Sequence record: SRR20825006_1157
DNA length: 64,000 nt
Strand: one strand, 5' to 3'
Both the position numbers and the translations under genes were made by a program. Under the pieces are notes generated by a model, which ran no database searches, was not told where the DNA came from, and saw only the letters and a program-made list of their open reading frames with translations. Every line of letters begins with the position of its first letter. The first letter of the stretch is position 1. Below are positions 57,629-64,000 of the stretch, piece after piece.

Positions 57629-58888
57629 ATGTCAGATGATATTCGTCAGAATGTGAACGCCACATCGGATATTCCCTCTGGTGCGCGTTTGGTGCCACAT
57701 ATCACCATTCAGGCCTTTTGTGAGAATGCAATCACCGCCCAATCTGTGGAAAGCGCCATCAATGATCGGCGCATGCACAAGGTTGCTCTCACCACCCACA
57801 ATGGTGGCATTGAAGCAGCGGTTGAAACGTACAAAATCAACCCGACCCCAAACTTGATCATCATTGAATCAAATTTGGCGGGCAATGATTTGCTGTCAGC
57901 ACTCGATCGGTTGGCAGAAGTTTGCGACGCATCAACTCGTGTTGTTGTGATCGGCAATGTGAATGATGTTGAACTCTATCGCCGCCTCATTCGCTATGGC
58001 GTTTCCGAATATATGGTCACACCTGTGGAAACCCCTGCTTTGGTGGACACCATCACAGATTTGTTCGCCTCTGAGGGCGCAGAACCTATTGGCCGCACCA
58101 TCGCCTTTATTTCCGCAAAGGGCGGGGCAGGCTCATCCACAATTGCCCACAACACAGCATGGTCTTTGAGCCAGCAGGTACGGCGCGACGTGCTGATCAT
58201 GGATATGGATTTGCCATTTGGCACAGCGGGCCTCAATTTCAATCAGGAACCGCCACACGGCATCGCGGATGCAGTGTTCTCCAGCGATGATGTGGACGAT
58301 GTGGTGATTGAGCGCCTCATGTCCAAATGCGCCAACCACATAAATTTGTTGACCGCACCGGCCAATCTCAATCGCGATTATGATTTTCATGAGCAGGCGT
58401 TCGAAAACATCATCGAGATTTGTCAGAAAAACATGCCGCTTGTGGTGCTGGATTTGCCACATGTGTGGAATGGCTGGGTGCGCCACACGCTTTCGACAGT
58501 GGACGAAGTTGTGGTAGTGGCCGAGCCCGATTTGGCCAACTTGCGTAATGTGAAATTCATGATGGATACGCTTAAATCTTTGCGCATGTCAGAGGCGGAA
58601 CCAGTATTGTTGATGAACAAGGTTGGTGTGCCAAAACGGCCAGAATTGAGTACCTCTGAATTTGCAAACACCATTGAAGTCGACATTTTCGCTGAAGTTG
58701 CTTTTGAAGCTGGGCTTTTCGGCACGGCGGCCAACAATGGGCAAATGATCGCTGAAGTGAATGCCACGCATAAAATGAATGAGACATTCAATTCACTTGC
58801 GCGCCGGGTAAGCGGCAGAGACGCTTCAACCCACCAAGAGGCAAACGGCCTTTTGCCGGGCATTTTGAAAAAATTAAAGCTGGGATAA
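57629..58888 (+). CDS. cpaE: Pilus localisation protein CpaE/TadZ (receiver-like domain plus MinD-like ATPase)
   Basis: NDVELYR, GVSEY, AKGGAGSSTIAHN, DLPFGTA, FGTAANNG. Confidence 0.92.
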   Translation: MSDDIRQNVNATSDIPSGARLVPHITIQAFCENAITAQSVESAINDRRMHKVALTTHNGGIEAAVETYKINPTPNLIIIESNLAGNDLLSALDRLAEVCDASTRVVVIGNVNDVELYRRLIRYGVSEYMVTPVETPALVDTITDLFASEGAEPIGRTIAFISAKGGAGSSTIAHNTAWSLSQQVRRDVLIMDMDLPFGTAGLNFNQEPPHGIADAVFSSDDVDDVVIERLMSKCANHINLLTAPANLNRDYDFHEQAFENIIEICQKNMPLVVLDLPHVWNGWVRHTLSTVDEVVVVAEPDLANLRNVKFMMDTLKSLRMSEAEPVLLMNKVGVPKRPELSTSEFANTIEVDIFAEVAFEAGLFGTAANNGQMIAEVNATHKMNETFNSLARRVSGRDASTHQEANGLLPGILKKLKLG

Positions 58889-58918
58889 CCCACGATTTAG
58901 CGTGAAGTAAGGTTAGTC

Positions 58919-60436
58919 ATGTTTGGGAAACGCACAAGTTTTGGCGGAAATACAAATCAGCAACAGGCAAAGCCACAGGCTCAGCCAAAGCCTGCTCCTG
59001 CGCCAGCCTCCAAGCCGATGGCGGAAAAGCCAAAAGCGCCGTCGCAGGCTGCCGGCAAACCAAACCTGAAGCTGAACACGCCTAAAATTGGCAAGGAAGA
59101 AGTGGTCGATGTCGATAAGCCGGCAAAAGACCGGGGTGTCGATTCCGAATATTATAAAACCAAATCCTCCGTCTTCAACGCACTGATTGACTCGATCGAC
59201 TTGAGCCAATTGGCGACGATGGAGCAAGATTCCGCACGCGAAGAAATTCGCGACATTGTGTCGGAAATCATCACGTTGAAATCCATCGTGATGTCTATTT
59301 CTGAGCAGGAAGATCTGCTGGAAGACATCTGTAACGATGTGTTGGGTTATGGTCCGCTTGAGCCGCTTTTGGCGCGTGATGATATCGCGGATATCATGGT
59401 CAATGGCGCGGGCCGCACCTATATCGAGGTGGACGGCAAGGTGCGCCTCACCAATGTGCGCTTCCGTGATAATTCTCACTTGATGAATGTGTGCCAACGC
59501 ATTGTGAGCCAAGTTGGCCGTCGTGTTGATGAATCAAGCCCGATATGTGACGCCCGTTTGCCTGATGGTTCTCGTGTGAACGTTATCGCGCCACCACTGG
59601 CTATTGATGGCGCATCGCTCACCATTCGTAAGTTTAAAAAAGACAAGCTGACCCTCGACCAGTTGGTGAAGTTTGGCTCAATCTCGCCAGAAGGTGCTCG
59701 CGTGCTGCAAGTGCTTGGCCGTGTGCGTGCCAACATTTTGATTTCTGGCGGTACGGGTTCGGGTAAAACCACTTTGCTCAACTGTATGACGGGCTTTATC
59801 GAGCCAGACGAGCGGATCATCACCTGCGAAGATAGTGCGGAACTTCAGTTGCAACAGCCACACGTGGTGCGGTTGGAAACGCGTCCCCCCAACCTTGAAG
59901 GGGAAGGGGAGATCACCATGAGGGATTTGGTGAAAAACTGTTTGCGGATGCGTCCTGAGCGGATCATCGTGGGTGAGGTGCGTGGCCCTGAAGCATTTGA
60001 CTTGCTGCAGGCCATGAACACAGGTCACGATGGCTCAATGGGCACTTTGCACGCCAACTCGCCGCGTGAAGCCCTCAGCCGTTTGGAATCTATGATCACT
60101 ATGGGCGGTTATTCGCTGCCGTCGCGCACCATTCGCGAAATGATCGTGTCGTCAGTTGATGTGGTGGTGCAAGCCGCCCGTTTGCGCGACGGTTCGCGCC
60201 GCATCACTCACGTGTCTGAAGTGTTGGGCATGGAAGGTGACGTGATCGTAACGCAGGACGTGTTCCTCTATGACATTATCGGCGAAGATGCGAACAGCAA
60301 CCTGATTGGTCGTCACCGCTCAACAGGTATCACTAAGCCGAAATTTGCTGAACGTGCGCGTTATTACAATGAAGAGCTGAATCTGGTTGAAGCGCTTGAA
60401 GCCGCTGCGGTCAGCGATGATGAAATGAGAGGCTAG
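58919..60436 (+). CDS. cpaF: Tad pilus ATPase CpaF/TadA
   Basis: [49 protein letters not shown]. Confidence 0.96.
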   Translation: MFGKRTSFGGNTNQQQAKPQAQPKPAPAPASKPMAEKPKAPSQAAGKPNLKLNTPKIGKEEVVDVDKPAKDRGVDSEYYKTKSSVFNALIDSIDLSQLATMEQDSAREEIRDIVSEIITLKSIVMSISEQEDLLEDICNDVLGYGPLEPLLARDDIADIMVNGAGRTYIEVDGKVRLTNVRFRDNSHLMNVCQRIVSQVGRRVDESSPICDARLPDGSRVNVIAPPLAIDGASLTIRKFKKDKLTLDQLVKFGSISPEGARVLQVLGRVRANILISGGTGSGKTTLLNCMTGFIEPDERIITCEDSAELQLQQPHVVRLETRPPNLEGEGEITMRDLVKNCLRMRPERIIVGEVRGPEAFDLLQAMNTGHDGSMGTLHANSPREALSRLESMITMGGYSLPSRTIREMIVSSVDVVVQAARLRDGSRRITHVSEVLGMEGDVIVTQDVFLYDIIGEDANSNLIGRHRSTGITKPKFAERARYYNEELNLVEALEAAAVSDDEMRG

Positions 60437-60439
60437 CCT

Positions 60440-61432
60440 ATGTCACCGCTTCTTTTATTTTTGCTAACTGTGGTTGCCGTTGGGGCGTTGGGCTTTGCGC
60501 TCGTGCCGGGCATTGCTGGCGGCGGACGTGCTGGCAAGCGCATGAAGGCGCTCAAGCAATCTGATGGCCGCGTAAATGGGCGTCGCCAAAGCCGGGCTGA
60601 TGTCGATGGCCGCAAAAGCCGCGACAAGCGCCGCAAGTCTTTGCAAGAAGTGCTTGATGAGCAAAATGAAGCGAATAAGAAACGCAAAAAACGCTCGCTG
60701 AAAAAGCGTCTTATCCAAGCGGGTATGAAGGGTAATGTTGCCGCGTTTTATCGGAATTCAGCCATTCTTGGCGTCGCCATCTTCATCTTCACCTGGTTTA
60801 CGGGCGTGCCGCTTATGTTTGCCTTGGTGTTTGGCGCAGGTGGCTTTTATGTTTTGCCCCGTTGGTATGTGGCCCGCCGCACCAAAAAGTTCCGTTCGCA
60901 ATTTTTGGATGAGTTTCCAAACGCCATTGAAGCCATTGTGCGCGGTGTGAAAGCCGGTATGCCGATCAACGATTCCATGAAAGTGGTGGCATCTGAAGCC
61001 AAAGAGCCAGTGCGCACAGAGTTTTTGCGCGTTGTTGAGCAGCAATCTGTCGGTAAAAATATCGGCGAAGCCATCCTGATTATGTTTGATCGGTTGCCCA
61101 TCCCTGAAGTGAACTTCTTTGTGGTGGTGATCACAGTGCAACAGCAATCAGGTGGTAACTTGTCTGAAGCATTGGGCAACTTGTCCACTGTATTGCGGAA
61201 CCGCAAAAAGATGAAAGCCAAGGTGAAAGCCATGAGCTCTGAAGCCAAGGCGTCTGCAGGCATCATTGGCGCCTTGCCATTTGTGGTGGCAGGCCTTGTG
61301 TCTTTGGTTAGCCCCACCTATTTGGGCCCACTCTTTTCAACACCTATCGGCAACATCTGGCTGGGTGTGGCTGGCCTGATGATGGGCATGGGCATTTTTG
61401 TGATGAACCGCATGGTTCAATTCGAATATTAA
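60440..61432 (+). CDS. tadB: Tad inner-membrane platform protein TadB
   Basis: GspF-like domain: IVRGVKAGMP, QQQSGGNLSEAL, AMSSEAKASA. Confidence 0.92.
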   Translation: MSPLLLFLLTVVAVGALGFALVPGIAGGGRAGKRMKALKQSDGRVNGRRQSRADVDGRKSRDKRRKSLQEVLDEQNEANKKRKKRSLKKRLIQAGMKGNVAAFYRNSAILGVAIFIFTWFTGVPLMFALVFGAGGFYVLPRWYVARRTKKFRSQFLDEFPNAIEAIVRGVKAGMPINDSMKVVASEAKEPVRTEFLRVVEQQSVGKNIGEAILIMFDRLPIPEVNFFVVVITVQQQSGGNLSEALGNLSTVLRNRKKMKAKVKAMSSEAKASAGIIGALPFVVAGLVSLVSPTYLGPLFSTPIGNIWLGVAGLMMGMGIFVMNRMVQFEY

Positions 61433-61453
61433 GCGCAACGCGAAAGTACGAAT

Positions 61454-62437
61454 ATGGAAAGCTTGGTCGAAACACTTACAGATCGTCAGTTCTTGGTAGC
61501 TGTGCTTGCTGCCATTTCAGCGGCCGCGATTGTGTTCACCTTTGGCGCCCAGTTCGCTGATGGCAAGGATATGAAAAGCCGTATCCGTAAGGTTGCTAGC
61601 GAACGCGAGCGCTTGCGGACTGATGAGCTTGCGCGCTTGCGGGGTGAAGACAAAAAAGCGGGCACCAATGCGCGCCGTAAAGATTTGATCCAAAAGGTCG
61701 TTGATAAGTTTTCGCTGAAAAAGGCTTTCGCTGATGAGCAGACCGGGCTGAAATTGGCGCAAGCGGGCTATCGTGGCCCCAATGCGGTGATGACCTATGT
61801 GTTCTTGCGCTTTGTCATTCCTTTGGGCGTGTTCTTGTTTGCCCTGTTTTACATCAAGTTCATCTTCATGCCTGAAGGCATGTTGTTCTTGCAGATCGTA
61901 TACGCTTTTGGCGCGGGTATTTTGTCGTCATATCTACCAGTGATTTTGCTCACCAACCAGATTAAGAAGCGACAAGATTCCATCCGCCGCGCTTGGTCAG
62001 ATTGTTTGGATCTGATGTTGCTCTGCGTGGAAAGCGGCATGTCGATTGAAGCGGCATTTCAAAAAGTGTCCAATGAAATTGTCAGCCAAAGCCCGGAGTT
62101 GGGCGAGGAAATGACCCTCACCACCGCCGAGCTGAACTTCTTGGAAAGCCGCGCAAAGGCTTATGAGAATATGGCGAAACGGATTAATTTGGACGAAGTA
62201 AAGTCGGTGATGACCGCGCTGATCCAGTCTGAACGTTATGGTACATCCGTGGGCACCTCGCTGCGTGTGATGGCGGAGGAGGGCCGGAACATGCGCATGA
62301 TGGAAGCGGAGAAAAAGGCTGCTTCATTGCCGCCGAAGCTTACCGTGCCGCTTATTCTGTTTTTCTTGCCAGTTCTGTTTATCGTGATCATGTCACCTGC
62401 GATGATCACCGTTTTCTCAACACCTGGCCCCGCGTAA
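61454..62437 (+). CDS. tadC: Tad inner-membrane platform protein TadC
   Basis: LDLMLLCVESG, QSERYGT, AEKKAASLPPKLTVPLILFFLP. Confidence 0.92.
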   Translation: MESLVETLTDRQFLVAVLAAISAAAIVFTFGAQFADGKDMKSRIRKVASERERLRTDELARLRGEDKKAGTNARRKDLIQKVVDKFSLKKAFADEQTGLKLAQAGYRGPNAVMTYVFLRFVIPLGVFLFALFYIKFIFMPEGMLFLQIVYAFGAGILSSYLPVILLTNQIKKRQDSIRRAWSDCLDLMLLCVESGMSIEAAFQKVSNEIVSQSPELGEEMTLTTAELNFLESRAKAYENMAKRINLDEVKSVMTALIQSERYGTSVGTSLRVMAEEGRNMRMMEAEKKAASLPPKLTVPLILFFLPVLFIVIMSPAMITVFSTPGPA

Positions 62438-62460
62438 AACGGTACTCAGAAGTTTGAATA

Positions 62461-62499
62461 AAAAAACACCCAATCGGAAAGCTCCGGTTGGGTGTTTTT
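62461..62499. terminator. Bidirectional intrinsic terminator between tadC and tadD
   Basis: AAAAAACACCCAATCGGA-AAGC-TCCGGTTGGGTGTTTTT. Confidence 0.85.
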
Positions 62500-62524
62500 C
62501 GTTGATAGCGGTAAAAAGAAGCGC

Positions 62525-63313
62525 CTAGTTGGAGCTGCCTTTAATGCGGTCCCATTTGTTCTGCTGGGTCAGCAATGCGCGGATATAGGCCATATTGGCT
62601 TCAACATCTTCCGGCGGTAGTTCTCTGGCATAAATGCTACGTGCCTCATCAAACCGGCCCTGCAGCCCAATCACAAGGGCAAGGTTTAACCGCACCTTGC
62701 GTGAGGCTTTCGGGAAGGAGATAGCACGGCGAAGCGCTGCCTCTGCCTGATCCAACTGGTTGGACATGGCGAAAGACAAACCAAGATTGGCATAGAGTGA
62801 TGGCTCATTCGGCGCAATCACCAGCGCTTGATTGTAAAGCGTACGGGCTTCCGCATTGCGGCCCATCTGATCGAAAATCGCGCCTTTAACGCTCAAGGCG
62901 TTCCAATTGGGGCGTTCTGGCCGAATGGTCACATCAAGCACATTCAACGCGCGATCAAATCGTCCATCTGCAGCCAGCGCCTTTGCGTAGGCGAGGGCCA
63001 CGTCAAAATCGTTTTTATATTGCAGGCGCGCTTTTTCCAAAACGGAGACCGCTTGACCAGTTTGGCCAACGGCGCGCAAAGCAGCCGCAAAATAAATTGC
63101 AGATTGTTTGTTGGGGCTCTTTTGATATTTCGCCCCCAAATCTTGCACGGCAGCGTGTTTGGCCGCATTGGACATGCCAGAAAAATCTGGCGTCGCGGTG
63201 CCACCGCCGCCAGCACCGCGGGGTGAAGCACAAGCATTCAAGGCAATGGCGGCTACACCAGCAAGCGCCAATACTCTTAGTTTTTGCATTATGCTCTTTT
63301 GCCGATCCACCAT
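62525..63313 (-). CDS. tadD: TPR lipoprotein TadD/CpaO (pilotin-like)
   Basis: Lipobox LNAC, TPR repeats, NLALVIGLQGRFDEA. Start is 63313 or 63289 rather than 63367. Confidence 0.85.
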   Translation of the reverse strand: MVDRQKSIMQKLRVLALAGVAAIALNACASPRGAGGGGTATPDFSGMSNAAKHAAVQDLGAKYQKSPNKQSAIYFAAALRAVGQTGQAVSVLEKARLQYKNDFDVALAYAKALAADGRFDRALNVLDVTIRPERPNWNALSVKGAIFDQMGRNAEARTLYNQALVIAPNEPSLYANLGLSFAMSNQLDQAEAALRRAISFPKASRKVRLNLALVIGLQGRFDEARSIYARELPPEDVEANMAYIRALLTQQNKWDRIKGSSN

Positions 63314-63380
63314 GCTAACCTCTGCATAAATTGAGTGATGGGCACATTGCGCCATCCTCTTATGCAATAAATCATTAACC

Positions 63381-63395
63381 CTAATAGTCAGTTAA
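63381..63395 (-). promoter_or_regulatory. CtrA-like box upstream of tadD
   Basis: Minus strand TTAA-CTGACTA-TTAG, with an adjacent TTAA half-site at 63375. Confidence 0.5.
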
Positions 63396-63487
63396 AATGC
63401 CGTGCGAATTGCGATCAGGAACAGGTTTGCATTGGGCAACATATCGCGCTAAATCTTGGTCAAACCAATTCAATCGAAAGCGAAAAA

Positions 63488-64000
63488 ATGTCTGATTCAA
63501 AACCGATTATCGTCCATTGTCTTTGGCAGGATGAGGCGTTGCCAGATGGCTTGAATAAGCAGCAAAATGCTTGGGCCCAATCTCACAAATTTTCCGGCAA
63601 AAAAGGTGAATTGGTCGCGCTGCCACAAGTAGACGGCGCGGTTTCAGCATATCTGTTTGGCATGGGCGCACGTAAAGGCGCAGATCCTTTTGTCACCGGG
63701 TTGGCCGCTGCAGCGCTGCCTGAAGGTTCATATGAACTGAAAGGCGATTTCGATAATGCCACATTGGCCGCCACAGGTTTCCGTTTGGGCGCTTATGATT
63801 TTGATAATTTCCGCAAATCCGCCAAAACAGTTTCGCTCAGCGCGCTTGAAGGTGCTGACGAAGCTGAAACCGATCTGTTGGTTGAAGCCGCAACATTGGC
63901 ACGTGATTTGACCAATCGGCCTGCCAATGATTTGGGGCCGGAAACATATGAAAAAGAAATCCGCGCCTTCGCCGAAAGTCATGGCGCTAAAGTACGCTCA
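63488..64000 (+). CDS. M17 leucyl aminopeptidase family protein, 3' truncated by the window edge; absent from the ORF track
   Basis: Hand translation MSDSKPIIV...LGAYDFDNFRK...LARDLTNRPANDLGP; frame open to the window end. Confidence 0.85.
   Translation, partial: MSDSKPIIVHCLWQDEALPDGLNKQQNAWAQSHKFSGKKGELVALPQVDGAVSAYLFGMGARKGADPFVTGLAAAALPEGSYELKGDFDNATLAATGFRLGAYDFDNFRKSAKTVSLSALEGADEAETDLLVEAATLARDLTNRPANDLGPETYEKEIRAFAESHGAKVRS

Noticed and set aside
58950-59100. Pro/Lys/Gln-rich repetitive start of cpaF
   Set aside because: Low-complexity N-terminal linkers are normal in alphaproteobacterial CpaF.
1-64000. Mobile elements, prophage, tRNA/rRNA, CRISPR and known defence systems
   Set aside because: No transposase, integrase, phage, cas or restriction-modification motifs and no RNA-gene signatures were seen; the window is almost fully tiled by housekeeping-type CDSs.

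Overview
Chromosomal core-genome window from an alphaproteobacterium. Gene order and CtrA-type boxes suggest Hyphomicrobiales, possibly Devosiaceae (inference only). In order it contains: the end of a phenylacetate cluster (thiolase, paaK, TetR) with a TRAP transporter; small singletons (HAD, DUF1697, MerR, alpha/beta hydrolase, GGDEF); a ~14 kb cobalamin biosynthesis cluster (cbiX, cobH, cobL, cobI, cbiG-cobJ, cobM, antisense cbiD-cobK, cobA, cobB, cobQ, cbiB, cobU, DUF1636); a BadF-type kinase with zwf-pgl-edd; an uncharacterised minus-strand operon (TelA-like helical protein, membrane-anchored DUF6384-like protein, long coiled-coil protein, SAM methyltransferase); coxG-like and ynjBCD-like ABC genes; a 13-gene nucleoside uptake/catabolism operon; a Tad/Cpa pilus locus; and the start of an M17 aminopeptidase. 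I saw no rRNA, tRNA, CRISPR array or mobile element. Best leads: (1) the TelA-like/DUF6384/coiled-coil operon as a candidate undescribed envelope system; (2) a compact leader RNA before the cob operon that keeps the 5' half of a cobalamin riboswitch, lacks its 3' half, and shows mutually exclusive SD/anti-SD pairings; (3) an in-frame TAG near the end of the secretin gene cpaC, with no cpaD in the locus. All family assignments come from motif recognition by eye, not database searches.
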